64,000 bases of DNA from Callorhinchus milii (taxonomy: Eukaryota): positions 73,472,001 through 73,536,000 of the forward strand of contig NW_024704742.1 of the NCBI RefSeq assembly GCF_018977255.1. The letters run 5' to 3'. The position numbers were made by a program, and so were the translations under genes. Below, one piece after another: positions 24,687 to 36,781 of the stretch. The notes beneath the pieces are model-generated. The model saw nothing but the letters and a program-made list of their open reading frames with translations. It ran no database searches and was not told the DNA's origin. Within the stretch, counting starts at the first letter, position 1. The number at the start of each line of letters is the position of its first letter.

Positions 24687-26624
24687 AAATACCTGCTCTG
24701 TGGTGCCTGGACAGTGCAGGAAAGGATCTATATAAAATGAAAGCCAGTTAAGCCAGACACACTGGGCTTGGCTGTTCTGTCTGGCTTAAGTGACATCTGA
24801 AGTTCCATTCCCTCTTCCCGCGCAGCAGAGGAGCAGCTGTGCCTCCGCCCTCCCATTGCCGTTCCCATTGGATGGGAAGGAGACTACTTAGTGGCAGCTC
24901 TGAGGTGATTGACAGCCTTGGAGCTGCTTGTGAACGGATGGGGGCTCCACTCATTCACAGGGGCTCCAGCTGTCAATCAATTGTGATTTGACTCCTCCCA
25001 TTCCCTCCCTTGTTTTTCCCCGTTCCTCCACCCTCTCACTGATTGACAACCCAACTCCAGCCACTTGTGAATGTCTGGAGTCCGCTGTCATTCAATCTTA
25101 GACTCCTCCTATCTCCATCCTGGAGCCGCTCATGACTAAATGGAGCCACGACAAACAGCATGAGTGAGTACATTCACCAATGCTGCATTTTGACCAGATT
25201 AACTAGATTGTTGTACGAATTAACCAGCATATTTAAAATGGGTAAGAGTACAAATGAATCGGGGCCAGGTGTTTTGTCCAATTTACCCAGCGTCCAGGAC
25301 TAACCAGGATTCGGCTAAAGCAGATTCCACTGTAGTACCTCATTTAAGCTTGTTCTGCAACATTACCTCCACCAGAGATTGTGTCTGGTCCTGGAGGCCG
25401 AATGCAGGGAATGATGGACAAGGCAGCAACATGCCTGGAAGGTCGAGCAGTATGTTACTGATTCTTAAATATTTCCAGAATAATCCTGGTTTTAGTTTAT
25501 TTCCCAGAAATACATGGTTAAATGGTTTCTATAATTGTTTCATTTTGACCTGTTTTGTTTCATGCTTATAGTTTGTTCTTACTGATGATCACCCATTTCT
25601 ACAAAGACAAAATTAAACTTTGTGTTTAATTGTTGCAAGTATTATAGTTATCATTGATGACAATGTTACATCAATTGACACCTATGATGTTGTGACTGTG
25701 CCCGAGCTGGGTCTCTTTGCACGCTCTGTTTGCACTCAACTGCATGATGTCCACCTACAAGTGCAACGATGGGATCAAAGAAACAATGGTTTGCAATAGG
25801 AATCTCTGATAGCAACTCAGAATTATGAATGGGGAATCCTGCCAGTGACTGGCAGTATGTCATTATTGGCTGACCTGCAGGATCCCATTCAGAAGCACTG
25901 TCAGTAGATTGCAGGGTTGCCATGACTTGGCTGTGACCATTGTGGGTCAGGAGTTTCTTTAGCAATTCAGAGTTGAATCCTGTTGGGAACCGCTGCTTTT
26001 TTGATTTCAGCACTGAAATGCTGGCTGCTGTCTGTGTTTGATCAGGGCCAGTTTCAACAGAATCTTAATCCTATTGTTCTTCAAGCAGCAGTACCAGATG
26101 GCCCTGGATTAGAATTAGCTGCAGGTTCCTGGCTGTTGGAGGCATATCTGATCGGCAATGCATTATGGTTGTGTGAAGTGGCCTCACCATCATAGGGAGC
26201 TGCTTGCTTCAGTTCAGATTAATGTTCTCAGCAGGCATTAATCTTTCTGGGAGCGGAACTATGGATGTGAATGAGGTTCCTGAAGCTCATTGAATCCTTT
26301 GGCTTTTGTCTGTCTCCTAGTGAGTCAAATGTGGCCCTAATTGTCCTACTCGTATGGTCCCTACACTTACACTACAGAAATAGAAACATTCATAAAGATG
26401 TTTCCATACTCTCAATCGACTGTAGTCCTGGGGCCTAGAGCAGTTATTAATGTGAGCCTCAGTTCTCCCTCAGTTATTAATGTGAGCATTCTTCCACAAA
26501 TACCCAAGTGAATACCATCCAGTAAAGAATTGACTCATTTGTTCAGCCACTCAATCTGAGAGCAAAACTCTATGCCCAATGCTCTACACACGCAAATGTA
26601 AGGTGGAAATTGTATCTACAAATA

Positions 26625-26770
26625 CAGGGGAACCTCATTATAAGACACTTCAATTTAGCACAATCCCAGGACTGCTGACCGGTGGTAGCTGTTTAGCTCC
26701 CTTGCTTAGAAGGAAGATTGGAACTTTGTGGATGCCAACAACTGTGTTATATAGTAGAGGGGTTTCCTTG
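26625..26770. mobile_element. Small Tigger-like MITE
   Basis: TA|CAGGGGAACCTCATTATAAGACAC versus right end reverse complement CAAGGAAACCCCTCTACTATATAACAC. The right TSD is degenerate (CA). Confidence 0.4.
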
Positions 26771-26879
26771 CATGTGATACTGATCACATGCATTGATGTT
26801 TCAGTTGAATATTGCAAAGGGCAGACCATATATGCAACATGGCACATCTACAATTAGAAATTCTCACAACACATCATCA

Positions 26880-27400
26880 CAAGAGAGGTTAGGACAAATA
26901 AGGCTCTTCTGCCATTGAATGTCATCTTTCTTTAAAATACATCTTCCTATAACAGCATCAAGCTGATCTTTAAATTAATCTTAAATCCAGTCACTACCTT
27001 CCCTGCTAACTCATCCCAGCTGCTGATTATGATTACCCTCTGTGTAACAAAGTACTTCCTGATGTTTGCCCTAAAATTGTCCTTAATAACCCATGACCTG
27101 TGATTTGTCCTTGTGAATGGATGGGACTTGTCACAGGTCATGAGTTGTCTTGTGGTCTTGGTGTATCTGAAATTATAATTCTAGGTTTCCTTTCTCAATC
27201 CCATTTAGCACCTTATATATCTTTATAACTCCTCCTCTGATATCTATTTTTAATAAAGTACTCTGGTTTATCTAGCCATAACTTGTCTCTCTAAATCTTG
27301 AATCTGCTGCTTTCCTTCTGCACTGCCTCTCTGCAAGGCCTGGGCAGTCTTGTTATGTCGGGTGACCAGAACTGTACACAGGATACAGTCTAATCAACCT
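26880..27400 (-). mobile_element. CR1 LINE 3' fragment, degenerate
   Basis: Minus ORF RTNHRSWVIKDNFRANIRKYFVTQRVI..WDEL, the CR1 C-terminal motif. Confidence 0.7.
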
Positions 27401-27857
27401 TTTTCAGTTTTCCAGGTTAAAGTGAATTAAAAGCAAAAAAAGGCTTTCTCTTTGTATGATACTGAGTGACTTAATATAGGTAATTTCATTTAATATACTT
27501 GATGTGATTGTTTCATTCAGTGAAATAGTCATTCCAGGTACTTACATAAAAAAAGACTGTTTGAAGCAACTGTGCAGTGTATTTTGTTACCACATTGATC
27601 TTCCAATATTGGGAGAATCATAGACAGATGGCTTATCAATTTACACTTTTTGAAGGTTATGAAGTCAACCCATTTCCTAGGAGACAAAAAACTCTGCACA
27701 ACTTGGCAGTAGTTGGTAATCTCATGCACAGTGTGAGAATAGCTACTGGGAAAGGTATAAAAATTCACCCTGGTGTCGTAGGCATCACTCTTGTTAGCTC
27801 CGTTTAAGACCCAATATTATTGCTGACTAGATGGAGCTTTGTTCTGCATCAGATTGC

Positions 27858-27859
<2 letters not shown>

Positions 27860-27890
<31 letters not shown>

Positions 27891-28187
27891 CCTTGCATTT
27901 AATACAGCACTTTTCATGTCTTCTAGACTTCTCAAAGCGCTTCACAGAATAGACTGTAAAGTGAATTGACTGTATATTTGTGGGCGAAATGCGGCAGCCA
28001 ATTGCACACAGCCGTGTCCGACAAACAGTCATGGATTGAAATGACCAATTTATTATTTTTTTTTGGAAGGATTATTATTAAGCGTGTGGAGTAAGGAAAC
28101 TTGCCCAAGGTTTCACCCTGCCGGGAATCGAACTCAGGTCTCTCGCTTGCAAAGCGAGTGCTCTAACCACTGAGCTACAGGACTCCA
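27860..28187 (-). mobile_element. tRNA-Ala SINE, short form, AGAAGAC-tail subfamily, with the first 17 nt of the head duplicated (28188-28204)
   Basis: Reverse complement of the family consensus, (TAA)10 tail, TGAGCTACAGGACTCCA TGAGCTACAGGATTCTA. Confidence 0.92.
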
Positions 28188-30814
28188 TGAGCTACAGGAT
28201 TCTATATTGTAAATAATACAGCACAAAGGGGAGATTGGTCTGCCCATCAAGCATATGCTGTTGCGAGATCTCCCACTGCAACTAACTACTCTAACCCCTA
28301 TTCCTTTCTCTTTCCTAAATATTTTTATATTCTTCCTCATGGAATCCTATTAACCGGAGGGAGATGAACTTACTGGTGGATGTCCGAAATGAGAAAGTGT
28401 TGTGTTACTAAGCCTTATTGTGATGGGGATAAAAAAAATCATTAAAACAGGCACTGCTTGATTGCTGCTTTGAAAAAGTGAAAACATTGAGCTCCAGGCT
28501 TAAGGTATTCCATGTACAACTGAATGTGGCTATTTGGCGGAATTGCTGCTGATCACACACACACATGGAATCTAATCCATCCGCTTTCATGGGAATAAAC
28601 TTGAAAATCTCAGTATGTTACTTAAATTCCTTGGAACCAAAAATTGGTCACTAAAAATAAGAAGATGGTTCTGGCATTTCTATTCCAATTAATAATAATA
28701 ATAATCCTTCCATTTTATATAGTGACTTATCACATCATCGAGAACTCTCAAAGTGCTACACAGGATTTTACTGTGAAGTGTCGTGACTTTATATTTGCAG
28801 ACGAACATAGTAGCCAATTTGTGCACAGCAATGTTCCACAAACAATCATTCTAATGAAAATGAATCAAGTAAAACCACTTAGCTTTGCTTCAGAAGGCTG
28901 TTAGATTTTTTGAAGTTAACAACTTGCTAATATTGTTTTTATCTGAAGCCAATGCTACAAAGTGGGAAAGTAGAAGAATTAATCATTTGAATAGCAGTCC
29001 TCGAAGGAATGGAGGCAATTAGCTCTAATGAAAGGCTATGTCTGAAATGGTGACCTGTCTTTCTCCTGACTGACTTAGTGGATCTGTAGCCTTTCTGTTT
29101 TTGCTTTAATTTTCAGGTTCCCTGTGTTTTTGTTGTGCTCATGTTTTTGTCACTGCACAACATGCTGCCTTCAAATCAGTGTCAGATTGGGAGGAACAGA
29201 CGGCTGGAGTCTGCTCCCATCCACACGCAGAATACCAGCCCTGACATTCTGCTAGTAATCCATTGTATTTTTTAAAATATCTAATTTTATGCTGTACACT
29301 ATTTTTCTGCAGATCCTGCATAGCTGTTACAGGTCAACAACTCTTTCCTGTTTTGATGTGAATGGAATGTATAAAGAAGGAAATTAAATTGTTACAATTC
29401 TTGGATTTCAAATAATTTTAAAAATCCTTACATTTGATATAACGCCTTTGAAGTCAAGAGAGTGTCTCAATGAAATTCGCGGGATGTACTGTAAATAAAG
29501 GGATTGCAGGGAAAAGAAAGCGCTTGGAAGCAAAGTCTCATTCCAATATCTTACAACAGAAAAGACAGAATGGAGATGAGATAGTAGTTAGGGAACAGGG
29601 ATAGGTTGAGAGAAGGAACTATGCCAGTGGATAAAAAAAGGTTCATGCTGGTGTTCATAACAGGGGTGGTAAGGAAAGGTCAGGAGACAGGATTGAGGGA
29701 GCACTTGGTGGGTTTCATTTGAGAGATGAGGGAGGAGAAGTTTGAAGAAGAGACTGGGTCAAAAGTGTGGAGAATTGGTGGGAGGAGGCCATTGTTGTTG
29801 TAAAGGTGAAGGATCGTACATGCATGTAGATCACTTGAACGGCCTGCTTCAGAGACACTATTTCTTTCCCTCTTCATTGGGTTTGGGTTCTGCTTTCTTC
29901 CCATTATCGAGATTAAGAAAATAGGGGCAGCAGGAGGCCATTCAATTTGTAAAACTGCTCTATCATTCTGTTAGGTTGTGGCAGATCTCTCATTCCATTT
30001 GCTCAATTCATTTTTGTTTCCCAGTTAACTGGTCACGAGAGAACTAAACCTTCAAAGTGTGTGTTCACAACCATCAGTCAATTCCATGGTGTAGTTGGGC
30101 TGATTCCTCATGCTCTATGAAGAGGAAAATGGGGCTTTTTGTAACGGGGAAGAGTTTGATTTTTCCATCACCATTCATTTCTTGACTCTGGCACACTTTT
30201 AAATTAGCTGTTAGGCTGGTACGAGGATATTCAGTGACAGATTAAATTGCTTAATTAAGTAGATCTGAGAAATCAAGCTCCTTGGAATGTCCTCCCGATG
30301 TGAAAGGTGCTTTATGAATGTAAATTTATATTGTATTGTAATCTTGAAATGTTCAGGTAACTCATTAAAGTTTCTGCGTTCGGCCAAAAAGATCCTTTGC
30401 TCAGGATTGCAGTACAAACCTGAGGAAAGGCCCCAGCCAAGTATTTAATACACCAACTATGCATATGAAGTGCCCTCACACTGAACTCATTTCTCTCAGG
30501 AAACAGGCTCCACACACCCATAACAGTCATCCTTACCAGCTCCACTGGAGCAACTAAGTTTCTTGTCCTCATCTTCAAATCCCTTCGAAGTTTTGCAATC
30601 CCTTCTAGCCCAGAATCAATCTCTTGTTCATTTGACTTTGGTCTATTACTTGTTCCTCATTGACCAGGAGTGATTAATCCTTAAATCGCTGCACCCTTCT
30701 TCTTTGGAATCTCTTTTAGAATCTCGCTATCTTACTTCCTCCCTTCCTGCCTTCAAAACCTTTTGAAAATAGTTCCTTTAACTGTGTTTTTGGTCAACAT
30801 CTTTAATTCTACAC

Positions 30815-31225
30815 CCAGCTTTGCTAACCGGCAAGCCTGGAAGGGAAGACCAGTCACTGGGGGCAGGGCAATTATCTCACTCAGCTCCTGTTAATGCTGC
30901 AAGCCAAAGCCCTAACAGGTAGGGTGGTCCTAGTTGGACAAGAGGCAGGAAAGCTTGCCAGACAGTGATATCAATAGCAAGCTATGCAATGTTTGCTGGT
31001 TGGATTCCAGCAGTACCTCAACTCCCCAAGCCTTGGCACTTGGTAAACTTGGCCTAATACTTTCCGGAATTAGGTAAGCAGGATGCATCCCTCCAGGGAG
31101 AGAGTGCTCATTCCATTCCAACAATCGATCTCTGGAATTTCCATGTGTGGGTGGGATCCATGGAATTCTTCGTTTGGTTTGGATATTCTTAAGCATGTGT
31201 TAGATACCTGACTGACCCCAAAAAT
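30815..31225 (+). repeat. 5'-truncated copy of the unclassified structured repeat
   Basis: GGAAGGGAAGACCAGTCACTGGGGGCAGGG...CCTAATACTTTCCGGAATTAGG...GTGTTAGATACCTGACTGACCCCAAAAA. Confidence 0.85.
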
Positions 31226-31270
31226 CTTAATTTCTTCCTTCTTTCTTCTTGCTTGATGTTTCTTGTCAAA

Positions 31271-31651
31271 TGGAGTCCTGTAGCTCAGTGGTTAAAGCAC
31301 TCGCCTCGCAAGAGGGATCTGGGTTCTATTCCCAGGCAGGGTGAAATGTTGGGCAAGTTTTCTTACTCCACACACCTCTGTTTACCTAGCAGTAAGTAGG
31401 AACCCAGTTGTTAGTGAATTGGAGGATCGCTTTTCCGGGGATAATAATCCCTGAAATTTTTTAAAAAATGATAATAATTTGGTCACTCAATCCACAATTG
31501 TTTGTAGGACACTGTTGTGTGCAATTGGCTGTTGCATTTCACCCACAAAATATACAGTCAATTCACTTTACAGTGTATTCTGTGAAGCGCTTTGAGACAT
31601 CCAGAAGATGTAAAAACTGCTATATCAAATGCTAGGATTATTATTATTATA
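31271..31651 (+). mobile_element. tRNA-Ala SINE, long form, full length
   Basis: Head + CCTCTGTTTACCTAGCAGTAAGTAGGAACC..GGGGATAATAATCCC + shared 3' body + (TTA)n. Confidence 0.9.
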
Positions 31652-32203
31652 TGTGGTGCCTTGAGATGTTCATACTCTGTGAAAAGCATTACACAAATTA
31701 TTTGTTGTATAACGTTATTGTTCAGAACCCTAATATCTCTTCCAAGCCAGTTCCCACAATGATGTCATCAGCAATTGTTGTCAAAATTAGAGACAGCATA
31801 AAATCTCACAAGAGGAATGAAGAGTCTGCCAGTCCTACTTTATTGGACATCAGTCACATCCTGAATGTAGAGGGACAAGATTCGCTGAGTGCTGCCTTCA
31901 AATCTCCTAGATGCCTGGAAGCAACATATTGCTGGGAAGTTGATATTTACTATGACTTTGACAGGCACAGACAGAATGGCTGGAGGGATTGTCACCCTCT
32001 CAGATATCAGCATTGGGCACAGCTCTTTCATGAGCTTCTTAATGATGTGAGCCTTCAAACATCTCTCATGGATGTTGTCACTGCCTGGGCTTTGGGCACA
32101 CATCAGCACTCTATGCTCTACAGTTCCTGGTTTGGCAGCATTGCTGCCTCTAGGCTGGAAACAAACCCAACAAATGCAATATTACAGGTGCTCATGTCCT
32201 GAG

Positions 32204-32293
32204 AAGAATCCATTGTTCATTTAATGCAACCAGTGGAGCACAGCCAAGCTTCACTGAGTTCCACTGGTTGCACTAAATTAAGAACGTATTCTT
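32204..32293. repeat. 90-bp imperfect palindrome (40-bp arms, 10-nt loop)
   Basis: AAGAATCCATTGTTCATTTAATGCAACCAGTGGAGCACAG versus right arm reverse complement AAGAATACGTTCTTAATTTAGTGCAACCAGTGGAACTCAG. Confidence 0.85.
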
Positions 32294-32311
32294 TCTTTGG
32301 AGAGAACTGAC

Positions 32312-33153
32312 ATAATAATAATCCTTGCACTTGCTATAGTTCCTTATCACAATGTCAAGACGTCTCAAAATGTTTCACAGGATTTACTTTAAGGTGTAGT
32401 ATTGTGTATCTGTAGAGGAATGTGCACACATCAATTTCCCACAAACAGCCACAATGTGAACGACAAATTTTATTCGGGGATTTTTTGGTCAGCTGGATGT
32501 CTGACAGTGCGCAAACCTATCACTTTGCTTAAGACTATCTCAACCAAACTGAGAGTTCCATGCACCTATACATGGAAATACGAAAGATATTTATTGGAAT
32601 GGAAAGCACAATCTCTTCCTGGAGGACGCAACCTGCTTAACTACATCCAGGGAATATTAGGCGCAGCTGGCAAGGTTTGGGGACCCAAGAGTATGCTTTA
32701 GTCTAACCAGTTAAAACTGCATAGCTTGCCATCAAAAGCCCTGGCTGGCAAGCTTTCCCACTGCTTGTTCAGCTAGGACCACCCCACATGTTAGGGTTTT
32801 GGCTTGCAGGGTTAACAGGAGATGAGTGGGATGACTCCCTACCCCCAGTGACTGGTCTGCCCTTCCAGATCCTGCTGATGAGTCAGGCTGGTTGGGCTGT
32901 CATCACCCTGGATATTGTTAGCCAGGACAACGGGAGAAACTCCCTTCTCTTTTTGAATAGTATAATGGGATCTTTAAGGTCCACCTGAACAAACAGACAG
33001 GGCCTTGATTAAATATCTTAATGTCTCATCCGAAGCATGGCACATGCAGCCAAACACATCCCCAACACCGTATTGTAATTTCATAGCCTGGCCCTATGAG
33101 GTCAGAGTTCTGATATGGGCTTGAACCCATAACCTTCTGACTCAGAGGCAAGG
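32312..33153 (-). mobile_element. Deu-domain SINE split by insertion of the structured repeat (32481-32912)
   Basis: Tail half at 32312-32480 and head/core half at 32911-33153 join into one SINE (ATTCGGGGA|..|TATTGTTAGCCAGGAC). Confidence 0.72.
32481..32912 (-). repeat. 5'-truncated copy of the unclassified structured repeat
   Basis: Starts TTTTTTGGTCAGCTGGATGTCTGAC, the reverse complement of GTCAGACATCCAGCTGACC-A6. Colinear with 19220-19667. Confidence 0.85.
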
Positions 33154-33439
33154 GATCTGATTTAATGTTGGAGGCTTCACCATCAGATATTGATACCTCT
33201 GATGTGTATGAAATATTATCAGTCAGGAAACCAAGACCTCACCCCCTAAACTTGCAGTGCCTTAAAATGGCAGTAACACTGCCAAGACAAGAAGGATAGC
33301 TAAATCCAGTACATGGATTCAGATAATGATATTCTTGTTATTAACATTCACAGCCTTTAAATTCAGGGAATAACATACCTTGCTATTTATAAATGTCAAG
33401 GTATAGGCACAGGAAGTTCATGATGGAACGTATCTTTAT

Positions 33440-33745
33440 GTCGATATTAATTCTATCTTACTCCCCAACCCACTATGCGCTGCCTCCACTCGATTGGCTT
33501 CAGTCTCCTGCATGTCCCTTGTGCCCTCAGTCCCACCATCAGTTGTCGCTTTTTCAGCTACTATGCCCCGAAACTCTGGAACACTTCTTCTATCCCTCGT
33601 TTTGCCCCTTCCTTGCACATCTTCAGATCGTGCCTGAAAACCTTCCTCTTCAACCATGCCTCTGGTCACCTCCCCATCCCCACTGTCAAGTGCTCTGGGA
33701 CACTATCCTGCATGAGGGGCGCTATATAAGTACAAGTTGTTGTTG
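33440..33745 (+). mobile_element. L2 3' fragment (second tail type)
   Basis: PTISCRFFSYYAPKLWN..LKTFLF, tail CCACTGTCAAGTGCTCTGGGACACTATCCTGCATGAGGGGCGCTATATAAG(TTG)n. Confidence 0.78.
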
Positions 33746-35646
33746 AATCTACCTCTCGCCACTCAAAATTAATGCTCCCTCCGAAACCCAATCAAAGTTG
33801 AGATATTAACAGTGTTACTGATCTATACAGCCAAAACCTGAATATTTTCCAAAATTCTGCACAATCTTAGGCCTGATTTAATCTTAAAATACAAGACCAT
33901 TTTGAATCACTGGAAAATGGAGAGGAATCATGATTTATCACTATAAAATGCTGAGAGGCATGAATAATGGGATGCTGGCAGCCTCTATTTAACTGCAATC
34001 ACAGGACTTCATGCACAACATTAGGAAGCCGCAGGCCAAATTACATATTGTTTCACACAAAATTGTGGATGTGCAAAAGTAATTCATGCTCTGCTCAAAA
34101 ATTCCATTTACAAAAAGAAATAAATATTTATTTAACACAAAATTCAAAGTTCTGGGGATAATGACAAAAACGATCTCATACCGTTCAAAACAGAATTTGA
34201 AGTCAGTTTTCTAGATATTTTAAGAACTACTGAGAATTGACTTCAAAGTTGTGCACAAATTGGCTGCTGCATTTGCCTACAAATACATAGTCACTACACT
34301 TTACAGAAAACTCTGTGTTTTAAAGAAAATAATAATAATCCTTGGATTAAGTCCTATCATGTCATCGAGATGTCTCAAAGCCCTTTATAAGATATACTGT
34401 AAAATGGATTTGACTGTGATTTTGCGGGTGAAACACGGCAGCCAGTGAGTGATAATGCAACACACTCCCAGCACTGCATCAGAGTGTCATCTTAGGCTAT
34501 GTCTTTACATGGGGGTTGAACCTACAATCTTCTGATTTAGAGGTGAGTGTGCTACCACTGAGCCAGGGTGTTTTGCTACAATGAGACCACTTCATCAAAA
34601 TCAAGAATTAATATTATTTATTATTATTCAGACTGAATTCAACAATTTGCCAAATTCAGGATGTTCTTTTATGCTACATAAATGCATGGAGTAACGCTAG
34701 ACCTAGGTGGCATTTCTCTCTACAATCTTCTAAAACATCCATGTGAAATAAATCTCCTTACACAATGCTCTAGTTATAGCCCAACAATATCTTCTGCAAC
34801 ATTACCCTCTTATTTTTGTATAAAACTACAATAATCACATTTGCCTTTTTGTAGCTTTTAGCATCTTCACATTCTTCATTCCATCTGCAGTCAAAATAAA
34901 CATGATCACCCACATATATTATAAGACTCTTCATTTGATATTCAGAATCTAAGGGTGCTTGAACTGTGTAGTGCATATTCCTATTCTACCACAGGATTTT
35001 AATTTTAATTCTCTAATTGAAGCTAAACCGGCAGCAAATGACCCAACTTGTTTTTCGCTCCCTTACCTGCTGGAACATCCAGCTGATTTAGGACTTGAAA
35101 ATATTTTCTGATCAATTTGCACTTCAGTTGCCTCTGATCTTAAAATCTCAGGAACTCAACATGACTTTGTCATTCAGAAGCTGAATATCTTACAGGGAAG
35201 TTAAATTTGTAGTCGAGCCTTTGGAACACATAATTAAATTGTCTCCATCAATATTCCTGTTGAACAGGAAACAGCTAGTTTGTCTCCTTCATAAGCCTGA
35301 GGATTCTGATAATCAAACATCAGCCTAATATCCTTCTTCCTACTGTTGCTATTCATAGACAATTACTTGAGCAAACACTCATCAGTCAAAGACAATCTGA
35401 TATCAGATATTTGCATTCTGACCCAAACATAGGGATTACATCAACAGTTTTACTCCATTCTCTCTCTGTGCCCCACTATTTATGCCTCTTATCATTTTAT
35501 AGCCAGAAATCCTGGTTCCCCTCCATTCTCCAATAATCTTTGTGTATGTCTCGTTGATTTGAAAACCTTTGACACAACTTTCTCAGAGTTCTTTCCATTA
35601 CACAGATGTCACCTCAGAGTCTGGATAACCACAACCAGGTTCAATA

Positions 35647-35966
35647 TAATAATAATAATCCTTGCATTTGATATAGCGCTTTTCACGTCGGGAGGACGTC
35701 CTGAAGCGCTTCACAGAACACACTGTAAAGTGAATTGACTGTATATTTGTGGGCGAACGCGGCAGCCAATTGCGCACAGCAATGTCCCACAAGCAGTCGT
35801 AGATTGAAAATGACCAATTTAATTATTGTTTTTGTTTTTTGGAGGGATTATTATTAGGCTCTGTGTGGAGTAAGGAAACTTGCCCAAGGTTTCGCCCTGC
35901 CTGGAATTGAACTCAGGTCTCTCGCTTGCAAAGCGAGTGCCCTAACCACTGAGCTACAGGACTTCA
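35647..35966 (-). mobile_element. tRNA-Ala SINE, short form, young CCTCCCGA-tail subfamily
   Basis: Near-identical to 8359-8679. Confidence 0.93.
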
Positions 35967-36760
35967 ATATACTAACTGTGACAGTAGGAGTTAAATAAAA
36001 TACCTTCAAGATATAACTCGATTCACTTTATTGGTGACAGCTTCACAATTACTGGATTAGGACGTTCTTGCTGTGAATTTAATTTTGCAATCTGGGTCCC
36101 TGCAAGTTTCAATTTCAATTTCCCGCCCTTTTGGCACATTCCCCTTGTTCCTGAGGCTGGTGGAGCTCAGTTGAATGCAGCTCCAGAAGGGATAATTGCA
36201 CTCATCATTCTTCCACCTTTTCAGAAGAAAGTTCATTCCAGCAATAATCGCGGTTTTGGCTAAACCAGCTGTGACTCCATTCAAGGCAACTACATCTTGT
36301 TTTCACATGTTATAATGTTGCCTGTGTACCATTATTTTCAATCTCAGGCAGGGTTGGCCTCACTGAGAAATTTACACTTCAGGACCTAGTAGAATGTTTC
36401 CTTTCAAGATAATCCTCCTTCCTGGTGGGAAGTCTCACTGAGACATTAGCGCAGTGCTAAGTACATAATGGGCGTGTGAGGCAGGGCTGGCAATTGTTCT
36501 TTCTGCACGTTGAAGAGGCCAAGATAACTGCACTGCATCAGATTGTCCAGGTTGTACCATCTTTTGCCATCCCCAACTGGGATCAATATTCTAACTGTGA
36601 CAGTAAGTAATAAGGAGTTAAATAATTTAAGATTTATTCATCAGATACCTCAAGATACATCTCGATTCACTTTATTGTTGACAGCTTCATAATTGCTGGT
36701 TTAAAACATTCTTGCTGTGAAGTTAATTTTGCAATCTGGGTCCCTGCAAATTTCAATTTC
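35965..36760. repeat. Local direct duplication: 35965-36116 repeated at 36584-36760
   Basis: Both copies read CAATAT.CTAACTGTGACAGTA..CTCGATTCACTTTATTG.TGACAGCTTCA..TTAATTTTGCAATCTGGGTCCCTGCAA.TTTCAATTTC. Confidence 0.9.
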
Positions 36761-36781
36761 CTGCTCTCACCATCCTTTGGA

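Noticed and set aside
31651..32202. 183-aa + strand ORF
   Set aside because: No recognisable domain or splice context. It is antisense to a probable RT fossil and likely a chance ORF.
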